A DNA stretch of 64,000 nucleotides from Scyliorhinus canicula (taxonomy: Eukaryota), in NCBI RefSeq assembly GCF_902713615.1, contig NC_052166.1, positions 2,094,961 through 2,158,960 on the forward strand. Direction: 5' to 3'. Below the pieces are notes generated by a model. The model worked only from the letters and a program-made list of their open reading frames with translations. It had not been told where the DNA came from and ran no database searches. A program made the translations under genes and the position numbers. This document shows, piece after piece, positions 24,954 to 36,491 of this stretch. Numbering within the stretch: the stretch's first letter is position 1; each line of letters opens with the position of its first letter.

Positions 24954-26804
24954 TGTGGTAGTATGACTAGGGGTATTACGGTACCTGGAAATGTGAGCTG
25001 CCATTGGTGCTGAGGATTCGCGGCCCATTGGCCCAGGTATGTCATGTGCCTCTCAGCCGATTGGCTGAGAGGGAGGTAGCTCCGCCTACGAGGTGGGGCA
25101 TAAGAACCTGTGTTCTCCGGCAGTCTGCCATTCTTCTGTACGTCTGCTGCAGGGTACACTTCTTGTTTATTAAAGCCTATCATTCGGACTTTATCTACGT
25201 TTCGTGTCCATTGATTGTGCATCGATTTAATACACAAGATTTTAAAGGATGGAGCTTCGCATCAAGCCGGAGTTTCTTCGACTCAGCCCCGCACGCAGCA
25301 AATGCAACAGTAGCATTTAAGCATTGGCTGGCTTGCTTCAATAGCTACTTAAGTACAGCTGAAAACGTCCCGACGAGGGAACAGAAATTGCATATCCTCC
25401 ACTTGAGCATCGGCACCGCCGTGTACACGCTCATAGAGGACACGACAGACTATGATGCGGCCATGGACTTGCTTAAAGGACATTTCATGTCGGTGAATCA
25501 AGTCTACGCTCGGCACTTACTGGCCATGAGGCAGCAACTTCCTGGTGAGTCTCTGGACGAATTTTACCGGGACCTCCTCGTTCTGGGGAGGAACTGCGGC
25601 TGCTCACAGGTTTCTGCTGCCGAGCATACCGAACTTTTGATCAGAGACGCTTTTGTTGCGGGTATGCAGGTCCTCCCAGACGCCCTCCATTCTATCCGGT
25701 CACTCCTCTGTACCTCCACTAACCAAACGCCTCATGAACGCATTCTTGTTTTTTCCCAGGAAGTCGTCCTCAGGGACCCCGCTTCCGACCTGGCTGGCTA
25801 TGCCCAGGCCCATCCTGCTCCGGAAGCACATGTGGGTGCACAAGTCAGACCCGTTGGTCGAAAGAGTCCAGGTACTCCATGCAAACCCACAATACGTGTA
25901 TGTGGAGTATCCCGACGGCCGACAGGACACAGTCTCCCTGCGGGACCTGCCACCCGCCGGATCCCGGCCACCCCACCCCCCCCCCCCCCGGTGCCAGCAC
26001 CACCCACCCCCCCCAACCCCAACTGCCCCCAGCGGGCGCCCCCTCCCCAGCCCCACCGACACCTACACACAAGTGGCCCAGCGGACAGGACGACCCTCCC
26101 CCCCGCCTGGCCCCCCGCTAGCTCCGACTAGGGGTACGGACGCAAGAACAGGATCATCGTTCCCGGAGTCACGGACGTCCACCGCTCCAACGTCGCCGGC
26201 ACAGCTACGCAGGTCGAACAGGACGTTCAAGGCACCCAATCGGCTGATCGAATCCATGTGACCTGCTGATGGACTTTTTTTTTGTCTGTTCTCAATTCCC
26301 CCCCCCCCCCCCCCCCCCCCCCATTTTTCCACACTGTGCATAGTTTTGTTTTGTATTTTGTACATAATTGCGGGCCAGTGGGCAGCCATCAATGCAATGG
26401 TATGACCTAACATCTCTAGTCATACTACCATTCTCTCACATACTCACGGGACATGCACCCCCCCCCCCCCCCTCCATGTCCGCGTTCCCTGTAACCTCCC
26501 CTCCCCCCGGTTCCTTTTTCAACAAGGGGTGAATGTGGTAGTATGACTAGGGGTATTACGGTACCTGGAAGTGTGAGCTGCCATTGGTGCTGAGGACTCG
26601 CTGCCCATTGGCCCAGGTATGTCATGTGCCTCTCAGCCGATTGGCTGAGAGGTAGGTAGCTCCGCCTACGAGGCAGGGTATAAGAACCCATGTTCCCCGA
26701 CAGTCTGCCATTCTTCTGTACGTCTGCTGCCGGGTACACTTCTCGTGTATTAAAGCCTATCGCTCGGACTTTATCTACGTTTCGTGTCCATTGATTGTGC
26801 ATCA
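24954..26804 (+). mobile_element. Internally deleted Ty3/gypsy element (gag N-terminus fused to integrase C-terminus)
   Basis: LTRs at 24954-25224 and 26534-26804, perfect TSD CAATG (24949-53, 26805-09), PPT aacaaggggtgaa; gag from ATG 25249 MELRIKPEFLRLSP joined at ~25667 to VLPDALHSIRSLLC. Confidence 0.95.
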
Positions 26805-27747
26805 CAATGTGACCTCCAACCAGCTGGTGGAGCTAGATATCATTCACAATCTGCTAGTTATCTTTCCACGTGTTTGTTAATAAATCATCTTTCCAGTTAA
26901 ACTAGATGTTCTGTGTACATCGTGACAAAGGCCATATCACAGAACACACTTATCTCCATGCACGTCCCCTGTATCTTAACCCAGATACATGATTCATACT
27001 TCTTATACCTGTTTATTTTTGCTTAAATGTCTGAGTTCCTCAATTTTTTGTCGTACGCTTTAATTAAAACCAGTTTTTGTACAAATAGGTAGTTTATATT
27101 GTTGGGAACACAGTGTAAGATGAGATATGGACAACATAATGGGACAGCTTATGTATTTGAATGCAGCAAATAAGCGGACCTCGATGTTTACTGGACACTT
27201 CTTTGGGAAATGGTGAGAGTGGTCAGTAAATCCACTGACATTTCCCAGCGGGCACAGGGATGATAAACCCCAGCGAAAACTCGCACACAAACATGGCACT
27301 CAGAGGCTGGGTGACAATTACAGCATCAACATTGATCAGGAAACTACAGAGAATCCAGATAGACACATGGAATTAAAACTCTTCAGACTTCAAACTTGCC
27401 TTCTAGAAATTAGATTATGGGGGAAAAGCCGGGGTGCATATAACATTCTGATCATCTTTCTGAGAAATAGCTGAAAGAACTCGATAACAATTTAATTGAA
27501 AGTGACGTGTGGAAGCAAATTGAAGCTAGTTAGTATTTCACAAAATCTCCCAGTGTGAATTAGCCATTCAGGAGCCAGATGGTAAATTAGGAAATCGGAA
27601 GCCCATCTTTTCAGTTAGTACTAGATTTCTTTACATAATGCAGCATTACATAGGGACGCCTGCCTCCCTGATACCTAACCAACACCCAGTGCAACAGAAG
27701 TCTCTCTTGACATTTTTGACTAAAATTAATAATCAATAAATTAAATG

Positions 27748-28078
27748 GTGGCACACTAACACAGTGGTTAGCACCGCTTCTGCACAGGGACCCAGGTTCG
27801 ATTCCAGCTTTGGGTGACTGTCGGTACTGAGTCTGCACGTTCTCCCCCGTGTCTGCATAGGTTTCCTCCGGGTGCTCCAGTTTCTTCCCACAGTCCAAAA
27901 GTGTGCAGGTTAGGTGGATTGGCCATGCTAAATTTCCCATTAGTGTCCCTGGACGTGCAGGTTAGGTGGGCTTATGGGGGTAGGGCGGGAGTGTGGGCCC
28001 ATGTAGGGTGCTCTTTCAAAAGGTTGGTGGAGACTCGATGGGTTGAATGGCCTTCTGCACTGGAAGAATTCTATAATT
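27748..28078 (+). mobile_element. HE1/V-SINE
   Basis: SINE head, core and tail. Confidence 0.85.
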
Positions 28079-28957
28079 CTATAAACAAAAATTAGCTAAC
28101 GGGAGGGGGTGCCCCTTGTGGAGCACTCTAACAAAGTAACTTCAAAAGTCACTTCCAAAATGAAATAAAAATATTATTCCCGAGGCTGATGATGAACCCC
28201 AGCCGCTGCGGTGCCCACCACTGATGGAAGGTCTGGAGTGTACTTGCAGACACCGTGTGCTCCCTCTCCAAGGCCACCAGGGGCTGGTTTAGCACATTGG
28301 GCTAGACAGCTGGTTTGTAATGCAGAACAAGGCCAGCAGCGTGGGTTCATTTCCCGTACCGGCCTCCCCGAACAGGCGCTAAATTGTGGCGACTAGGGGC
28401 TTTTCACAGTAACTTCATTAAAGCCTATTTGTGACACTAAGCAATTATCATTATTACCTGGCCACAAATGCAGTCAGGCTAGAGGAGCAGTCAGCAGGGT
28501 CAGATAGCCTCTGAACCTGCTGCTGCCTGGTCCTGTTAATAGTTGCCATGGCCAGAGGTCTTTCTTTATATATGCTCAAGGTATCTAATCAATTATTCCC
28601 CTTTCCCTGAATAGCCTAGTACAATTAATCTGCCAATGAGGGTGCAATGTTGTCTCAGACACCAGAGGAACTCTCTGACCCTTTGAACAATGCCATGGGA
28701 TCTTTAACGTCAACATGAAGAGAAGGACGGGGTCCCAGTTTAACATCTCATCCAGAAAACAGCACCTATAACAGCGAAGCATTCGCTCAAAACGACATTA
28801 AATCGTCAGCCGAGTTTATGTTCTTAAGTCCTGAACAAACATCCTCTTAAATCAGAGATGGAATGTGGTCAGCTGAGCTGTCAGCACAGTGGCATTCCTA
28901 TAGAAAATTCCGGACAAAATAACTCTAGATTGGATTGTTGCATCAATATAGTGAATC

Positions 28958-29007
28958 TTTATTTTGTACAGGAAGGATTTTCCACAAAATCATTCTGAGA
29001 TTTTATT
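28958..29007 (-). terminator. Two AATAAA polyadenylation signals for the beta-chain gene
   Basis: tttatt at 28958-63 and 29002-07, 127-176 nt past the predicted stop. Confidence 0.6.
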
Positions 29008-29133
29008 CAATGAATGGTTTGTTGGGCAGAAACAAATGTCCGTTCTGGAGACAGGTGCACCCCTCATGGACAACAGAGTCACATCCCCCAGTTACGGCGG
29101 TAATATTGAATATATTCCACAGAGTTGTTTATG

Positions 29134-29162
29134 TTAGGCGTGGGATTTAGTCAAATCATCAG
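29134..29162 (-). CDS. WB: MHC W-category beta chain, last coding exon (A)DDLTKSHA*
   Basis: Acceptor tctctcctttacag, phase 1, TAA at 29136-34, followed by AATAAA. Confidence 0.75.
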
Positions 29163-29954
29163 CTGTAAAGGAGAGACAAGATGTCAGGTTAATTTATTCA
29201 AACTCATGTCAGTCCTGGTGATTTTTGTTTTCATTGACAGAATGTGGGTGTCACTGGATAGGCCGGAATTTATTCCCCATCCCAGACGGCCCTTGAGAAT
29301 GTGGTGGTGAGCCGCCTTATTGAACCACTGCAGTCCATGGGGTGTAGGTACATCCACAGTGCTGTTACATGGCAATCAGCAGGAGGCTTCCTTGCCCTTG
29401 TTTGGTCTGGTGCCAATCCCGTACCAGCCTCCCCGAACAGGCGCCGGAATGCGGTGACTAGGGGCTTTTCACAGTAACTTCATTGAAGCCTATTTGTGAC
29501 AATAAGCTGTCTGTGGACAGCTCTCCGCAAGTGTCCAGGTGTTAATAAAGAGGACTGTGCAGGGTTGACAGGCTCCGGTTGCCATTATTGTTTCTGGTAC
29601 CAGGGTCAATGCCAGGTGGCCCATCCCATTGAGGCTTTTTCGTGATTTGATACAACTGAGTGGTTTGCTTGGAGGCCATTTAAGAGTCAACCTTTGGGTC
29701 GGGTCTCACATACCGGCCAGACCGGGTAAGAACAGCATATTTCCTTCCCGAAACGAGATTAGTGAATCTGATGGATTTTAACGCAATAGTTTCACCGTCA
29801 TCATTCTACTTTTAATCCAGATTTGTTATTGAATTCAAACTCCACCTTTGTGGTTACCCTGGGTTTCTGGGTTGCTAGTCCAGTAGCAGTACCACTGCTT
29901 CTCCTGGGTAGCAAACATGAGTGAAAAGTGACAGATATACAGGACTACTGTTAC

Positions 29955-30062
29955 CTGAAGAGCAGCTGGTGTTGGAGGTGTTGGAGGTCTCTGAGCTACT
30001 GGATCGCACACTGGAATTGCATGGATTCCTTCCACATGGTCCTGCCCGCTTAGTGAACTTAG
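29955..30062 (-). CDS. WB: WB cytoplasmic exon (A)KFTKRAGPCGRNPCNSSVRSSSSETSNTSNTSCSS
   Basis: ttttgttcccag acceptor, G|GTAACA donor, 108 nt phase 1-1, open frame. Confidence 0.8.
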
Positions 30063-30169
30063 CTGGGAACAAAACCAGTCAGTTGTGCTGCTGTGATAAA
30101 TATATCCCCGACCCCCAAAATATTCTCATACACCCAAAATTATTCAGAGTAAAAAGCAGCTTCTCTTAC

Positions 30170-30199
30170 CTGTTGGGTTCACGCTGAACTGGTCAGTAC
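30170..30199 (-). CDS. WB: WB cytoplasmic mini-exon (R/G)TDQFSVNPT
   Basis: ttctcatgcag acceptor, AG|GTAAGA donor, 30 nt phase 1-1. Confidence 0.8.
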
Positions 30200-30359
30200 C
30201 TGCATGAGAAACAGGAAGGTTAACAGTTTGACATCAACCTATGGGAGTGATGTATCTCTAAACAGACTGTCCTACTTTCTATTTCATTTCACTGGGATTT
30301 CTATCTCTCTGCTTCTCCCTCTCTCACACAATCACATGGTCAGTGAACAAGGATGATCA

Positions 30360-30706
30360 GGGCAGTACGGTAGCATTGTGGATAGCACAATCGCTTCACA
30401 GCTCCAGGGTCCCAGGTTCGATTCCGGCTTGGGACAGTGTCTGTGCGGAGTCTGCACATCCTCCCCGTGTCTGCGTGGGTTTCCTCCGGGTGCTCCGGTT
30501 TCTTCCCACAGTCCAAAGATGTGCAGGTTAGGTGGATTGGCCATGATAAATTGCCCTTAGTGTCCAAAATTGCCCTTAGTGTTGGGTGGGGTTACTGGGT
30601 TATGGGGATAGGGTGGAGGTGTTCACCTTGGGTAGGGTGCTCTTTCCAGGAGCCGGTGCAGACTCGATGGGCCGAATGGCCTACTTCTGCACTGTAAATT
30701 CTATGT
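30360..30706 (+). mobile_element. HE1/V-SINE (young) in a WB intron
   Basis: Full-length copy. Confidence 0.9.
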
Positions 30707-30773
30707 AATAAAGGCTGGTTACGCTTTCCCACCGTTATATTTCAAACACTCATTTCAGAATTTCTCTCTTTAC

Positions 30774-30836
30774 CGTTCCTGTTACTTTCACCGATGCTCC
30801 GGGTAACACAGAGAACTCGAGAGACTCTGATATAAC
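30774..30836 (-). CDS. WB: Candidate additional WB cytoplasmic exon (R)YIRVSRVLCVTRSIGESNRN
   Basis: gtgtcccag acceptor, G|GTAAAG donor, 63 nt phase 1-1, no stop; splice sites weaker than neighbours. Confidence 0.5.
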
Positions 30837-31004
30837 CTGGGACACGTCGAAATCTGACCATTTCCTTTAGTTTAACACATTCCTAATGATGTAAAGATCT
30901 CTCATATTCACAATTCTCTTTACATATTGAAACCCACGGGTTTAAACACATAAAATGTGCAGATTAATTCCAAATATTGGGACCTTTGCTCAAGTCACAT
31001 AGAA

Positions 31005-31350
31005 GTGCTACAGCTCAGAAGGATGCCATTCGGCCCATCGAGTCTGTACTGACCCTCGAAAGAGCACCCGACCTTGACCCACTTCCCCACTCTATCCCTG
31101 TAATCCCACAACCCCACTGAACCGTTGGACATTAAGGGCAATTTGTCATGGCCAATCCACCTAACCTGCACATCTAATAATAATAATCATCGTCATCTTT
31201 GGACTGTGGGAGGAAACCGGAGCATCCAGAGGAAATCCACGCAGACACGGGGGAGAATTTGCAAACTCCACACAGTCACCCAAGGCTGGAATTGAACCCA
31301 GGTCCCTGGCGCTGTGAACCATCCGTGCTAACCACTGTGCCACCATGCCG
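31005..31350 (-). mobile_element. HE1/V-SINE in a WB intron
   Basis: Reverse copy. Confidence 0.85.
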
Positions 31351-31439
31351 CTCACGTCGGTGTGAAGAACATTGATGGTTCTGTCTCCTAATGTAACCTG
31401 TCCGAATAATGAGAGTTTATAATTTATATTGTTGCTTAC

Positions 31440-31553
31440 GATTTAAGTTGCAGTAATACAGAATTCCAGTCACTACAGCAAAGCTGATTCCCAGTATTCC
31501 CAGCACGGCTCCTATGATGATCAAAGCTTCATTTTTTGTGATGCTGCTGTGTT
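31440..31553 (-). CDS. WB: WB connecting peptide/transmembrane exon (E)HSSITKNEALIIIGAVLGILGISFAVVTGILYYCNLN
   Basis: tttgtcctcag acceptor, C|GTAAGC donor, 114 nt phase 1-1; Gly-patterned hydrophobic helix like class II beta TM. Confidence 0.9.
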
Positions 31554-31789
31554 CTGAGGACAAAGGACAGTTGGGGGAAAGTTTACCTCATGTTTGTAAT
31601 CTGGACAGTTCCACATGATCCACACCCACACAGGAAACCTTTCTGAGAATGTCACTCCCTGCAGTAAATGGCCCATGACAATGGTGAAGGATGGGAGGTG
31701 GCAGTAAATTCAGTGAGTAAAGCAGAGCCAACTCTCCATGTCTGATCAAGAGATGCCTCTACAAAGAGGGATATTGAACTTACAAAAAC

Positions 31790-32500
31790 GCAGACCATAC
31801 AGATTGCACAGGAACGGGAGGCCATTCAGCACCTCTGAAGCCTGTTACAAAGGAATAGGAGGAGGCCCATTCAGCCCGTCTCAAGGCTATTACACAGGAA
31901 CAGGAAGAGGCCTTTTAGCCCCTCTCCAGCCTGTTACACAGGAACAGGAGGAGACCCATTCAGTCCCTCTCGAGCCTGTTACACAGGAACAGGAGGAGGC
32001 CCATTCATCCCCTCTCCAGCCTGTTACACAGGAAAAGGAGGAGGCCTATTCAGCCCCTCTCCAGCCTGTTACACAGGAACAGGAGGAGGCCCATTCAGCC
32101 CATCTCCAGCCTGTTACACAGGAACAGGAGGAGGCCCATTCAGCCCATCTCGAGTCTGTTACACAGGAACAGGAGGAGGCCCATTCAGCCCCTCTCCAGC
32201 CTGTTACACAGGAACAGGAGGAGCCCATTCAGCCCCTCTCCAACCTGTTACACAGGAACAGGAGGACACCATTCAGCCCCTCTCCAGCCTGTTACACAGG
32301 AACAGGAGGAGGCCCATTCAGCCCCTCTCGAGCCTGTTAAACAGGAACAGGAGGAGGCCCATTCAGCCCCTCTCGAGCCTATTACACAAGAACAGGAAGA
32401 GGCCCATTCAGCCCCTCTCCAGCCTGTGAGACAGGAACAGGAGGAGGCCCATTCAGCCCCTCTCGAGCCTGTTGGAGAGGAACAGGCCATTCAACCCCTC
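31790..32500 (+). repeat. 45-bp minisatellite, second locus, in WB intron 3
   Basis: Same unit as 7860-8815; merges at its right end into an antisense CR1 3' end. Confidence 0.95.
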
Positions 32501-32663
32501 AAGCCTGTTTCCCCATTCAATATCATGGCAGATCTGTGACTTAACTCCACACAGCCACCTTCCCACCATATACCTTAATACCTTTTGGATAATAAAAATC
32601 CCTCAATCTCAGATTTAAAATGAAAAATCTGATCTACCATTTGCAGAGAACAATTACCTATAT

Positions 32664-32890
32664 TGTATTGGATTCCCCTCCTACACCTCGGAAAACTAAC
32701 TCCTCAGGTGATTGGGGGCGGAGCTTTCTCCCCATTGGAGGATCTCTCACAGGATATAAACCCCGGCCTGGGAGCAGGACGGGGAAGAGGACCCTGAGGG
32801 GAGTAGAGAGCATTGTGTTAAGGAATAGTGGAATAAACCTAGTTGTATCCTGTCTGGCTACGTGTGGAGGCCTTACCTTCAGTTACAACA
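32664..32890 (+). mobile_element. Possible short solo LTR in WB intron 3
   Basis: TGT...ACA ends, TATAAA and AATAAA inside; no TSD found. Confidence 0.4.
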
Positions 32891-33110
32891 GGCCCTTTGC
32901 GAAACTTTAGAAAGTCAGGGGAATGACTATACTCAAAGGATCATCAAATTGTTAACTAGGTTACAGGGACGGAAATCACAGTTGACTGAATGGCTGGGAT
33001 CACAAGTTTATGTATGTGGAGGTAGCGAATGGTCAGGATTAATCTTCATGGGGAACAGGATACGTTTATTGATCTAGTCCTGTCTGAACTTGCTCAGTAA
33101 CTAACCTTAC

Positions 33111-33383
33111 CGAATTTTAGCACGAGTTTCTTTGTGAGGGTCTCATGTTCCACTTGACAGGAGTAGGAACCATCCACATCTCCATTCAATGAGAGGAGAC
33201 TTCTCGCTTGAAAGGTCCTGTTCCTTTGTGGCACAATGTTCACTGTCTGTGGTTCGTTGGCAATGACCACTCCGTTTCTCAGCCACCTCATTTTAATGTC
33301 CCTCGGGAAGAAGTCCTTCACCAAACATACCAAATTCATCTGGCCGGATTTTTCCTGAAGAAAGACTTTGCTGGGTATAGGAG
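33111..33383 (-). CDS. WB: WB beta2 Ig-C1 domain exon
   Basis: (A)PIPSKVFLQEKSGQMNLVCLVKDFFPRDIKMRWLRNG...NIVPQRNRTFQARSLL...YSCQVEHETL; ctgctttcacag acceptor, G|GTAAGG donor, 273 nt phase 1-1. Confidence 0.95.
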
Positions 33384-33658
33384 CTGTGAAAGCAGATAGG
33401 AGTTACAAGTTAGAGTTGGCATGATCAAGAATCCCCCAGAGACTCCGGCTCTGCATGAAGTGATGGCGAAACGGTTCACAAGGGACAAACTTCCACCCTG
33501 GGTTTAACTCTAACTCTGGAATGAACAATAATATTCTTCTCTGTGTTGTCAGTGATAGTCTCTAATTCAGTTTACGACTATCACACTCAAGCAGCTCCAC
33601 AGCTTCATGTGCTGAACCAAACGTAAATAAATCATAAAGCTGCCTAATCTGGAAAATT

Positions 33659-34188
33659 CACGCCGCTCCAGCCTCCCTTCCTGGCGCCAAATGGGTACAG
33701 CGCCAACCCGTGCATGCGCGGGGGACTTATTCAGCACGCCGGCCCCGACTCAACAGGGCATCAAGGTTCAGGGACCGGCTGCACAACAAAGTAGGCCCGG
33801 GGATGGGGGGGAGACGCCGGGCCGCCAATTGGTGGGCCCCGATCGTGGGCCAGACCCCACCGGAGGCACCCCTGGTGAAGGAGTGCTTTTACCCCCCCCC
33901 ACAGGCCGCCCCCCCCCGACCCATCGCGCAGAGTTCCCACGGCAGCGACCAGGGGTGAACGGCGCCAGTGGGATTTTACCGCATCCGCGCGGCCGCTCGG
34001 CCCATCTGAGCCGGAGAATTGGCAGCCCCGCCGATTCCAGTGGCCCGCGGCTGGCGCCGTGTCAAACGTGCCGGCGCAAATGGTGCCGATTCTCCGCACC
34101 TCAGAGAATCACGTGCCGGCATTGAGTTGTCGTGGTGCAGTTGCTGCGATTCTCCAGCCCAGCGCGGGGCTCGGATAATCGTGCCCGA
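33659..34188 (-). mobile_element. Harbinger-like MITE, same family as 6906-7504, one end truncated
   Basis: Reverse complement aligns by eye over ~500 bp. Confidence 0.8.
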
Positions 34189-34284
34189 GATCATTCACAA
34201 CCACAGTGAGGGGCATTTTTCTGCAGGGTACAGTGTAGAGGGAAATTTACTCTGTAGCTATTCAAATATGGGGTAGAAAGAAAA

Positions 34285-35130
34285 GAGGGACCTATAAACC
34301 ATGAGCCTAATGTCGGTAGTAGGGAATTTGCTGGAATCCATTATCAAGGATTCATTCGGAAAGCAGTGATGTAATCAGACAAAATCAGCATGGATTTGCA
34401 AAAGAACTATCAGGCTTGACAAATCAAATAGAATTCTTTGAAGATGTAACTAATAGAGTTGACCAGGGAGAACCGGTGGATATGGTTTATTTAGACTTTC
34501 AGAAGGCTTTCAACAATGTCTCACAGAGCAGATTAATATGTAAATTTAAAGCACATGGGATTATGGGTAGCGTCTTGAAATGGATAGCAGATAGAAAGCA
34601 AAAGGTTGGAATAAATGGGTCTTTTTTGATTGGCAGGCAGTGATTACTGGGGTATCGCCGGGCTCTGTGCTGGAACCCCAACTATACACATTATATATTG
34701 TGGGCAGCACGGTAGCATTGTGGATAGCACAATTGCTTCACAGCTCCAGGGTCCCAGGTTCGATTCCAGCTTGGGTCATTGTCTGTGCGGAGTCTGCATG
34801 TTCTCCCCGTGTCTGTGTGGGTTTCCTCCGGGTGCTCCGGTTTCCTCCCACAGTCCAAAGATGTGCAGGTTAGGTCGATTGGCCATGATAAATGGCCCTT
34901 AGTGTCCAAAATTGCCTTTAGTGTCGGGTGGGGTTACTGGGTTATGGGGATAGGGTGGAGATGTTGACCTTAGGTAGGGTGCTCTTTCCAAGAGCCGGAG
35001 CAGACTCGATGGGCCGAATGGCCTCCTTCTGCACTGTAAATTCTATTATATTAATGATTTGGACGAGGGAACTAAATGTATCTCCAAACATGCAGATGAT
35101 ATAAGGTTGGGTGGGAGGGTGACCTGTAAT
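34285..35130 (+). mobile_element. CR1 RT fragment interrupted by a SINE (34702-35046)
   Basis: TNQIEFFEDVT, DMVYLDFQKAF, SVLEPQLYTLYI | NDLDEGT continues after the SINE. Confidence 0.85.
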
Positions 35131-35149
35131 GAGGATGAAGAATTTTGTA

Positions 35150-35970
35150 GCGCTCCCTCTACACTGTCCCCATCAAACACTCCCAGGACAGGTACAGCAC
35201 GGGGTTAGATACAGAGTAAAGCTCCCTCTACACTGTCCCCATCAAACACTCCCAGGACAGGTACAGCACGGGGTTAGATACAGAGTAAAGCTCCCTCTAC
35301 ACTGTCCTCATCAAACACTCCCAGGCCAGGTACAGCACGGGATTAGATACAGAGTAAAGCTCCCTCTACACTGTCCCCATCAAACACTCCCAGGATAGGT
35401 ATAGCACGGGATTAGATACAGAGTAAAGCCCCCTCTACACTGTCCCCATCAAACACACCCAGGACAGGTACAGCACAGGGTTAGATACAGAGTAAAGCAG
35501 TGTAGAGGGAGCTTCATTCTGTATCTAACCCCGTGCTGTACCTGTCCTGGGAGTGTTTGATGGGGACAGTGTAGAGGGAGCTTTACACTGTATCTAACCC
35601 CGTGCTGTACCTGTCCTGGGAGGGTTTGATGGGGACAGTGTAGAGGGTGCTTTACTCTGTATCTAACCCCGTGCTGTACCTGCCCTGGGAGTGTTTGATG
35701 GGGACAGTGAAGAGGAAGCTTTACTCTGTATCCAACCCCGTGCTGTACCTGTCCTGGGAGTGTTTGATGGGGACAGTGTAGAGGGAGCTTTACTCTGTAT
35801 CTAACCCCGTGCTGTACCTATCCTGGGAGTGTTTGATGGGGACAGTGTAGAGGGAGCTTTACTCTGTATCTAATCCCGTGCTGTACCTGTCCTGGGAGTG
35901 ATTGATGGGGACAGTGTGGAGGGAGATTTACTCTGTATCTAACCCCGTGCTGTACCATTCCTGAGAGTGT
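35150..35970. repeat. 69-bp tandem repeat, two oppositely oriented blocks (switch at ~35498)
   Basis: Unit gctccctctacactgtccccatcaaacactcccaggacaggtacagcacggggttagatacagagtaaa, ~5 copies forward then ~6-7 reversed. Confidence 0.95.
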
Positions 35971-36491
35971 TGATAGTCTCATTAATCACTGGAATAGATA
36001 GTTGTGCCTTGGTTTAATATCTTGTGCCTATGACAGTATTGACATTTATATTATTTTATTTGGGATGCTATCAAATGGATGAGTTGTGAAGCTCCCTATG
36101 GAAATATCTGTTGTCAGTCTCACAGTAAATTAATACGACTGGAATTACATCAATTGAGCAACAATATGAACTGTGACTGAGGAATTTCTCCATTTCAATC
36201 ACTAAATTGACATCCAAGCAAAGCTTCCCAAGGCCACTCTTTGTGTCTCTGGAACCTCTCCAGATGTACATCCGAGCTGTCAATTAGGTTTCCTAATCCT
36301 GCTATGTCCTTGTTTCCACCATATCGCTATCTGCCTAATGTTTCTGCAACACATTCTCCCCCTTTGACCAGATATTCACCCCTGTTTCCTGTTCACTCTC
36401 AATTCTTCTGTCTCCTCTCCCTCTCTGGGCAAATGCTTTGAATCATTTCAGTATCAGTCTCAGTTGTTGTTTCCAGAAACTACTATCTTAC

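Noticed and set aside
27383-27402. Alternative WB last exon (E)GKFEV*
   Set aside because: The acceptor is plausible, but the exon at 29162 is closer, has a better pyrimidine tract and is followed by two AATAAA.
36071-36283. Extra WB exon between beta1 and beta2
   Set aside because: No convincing splice sites or domain similarity; beta1 and beta2 already join in phase.
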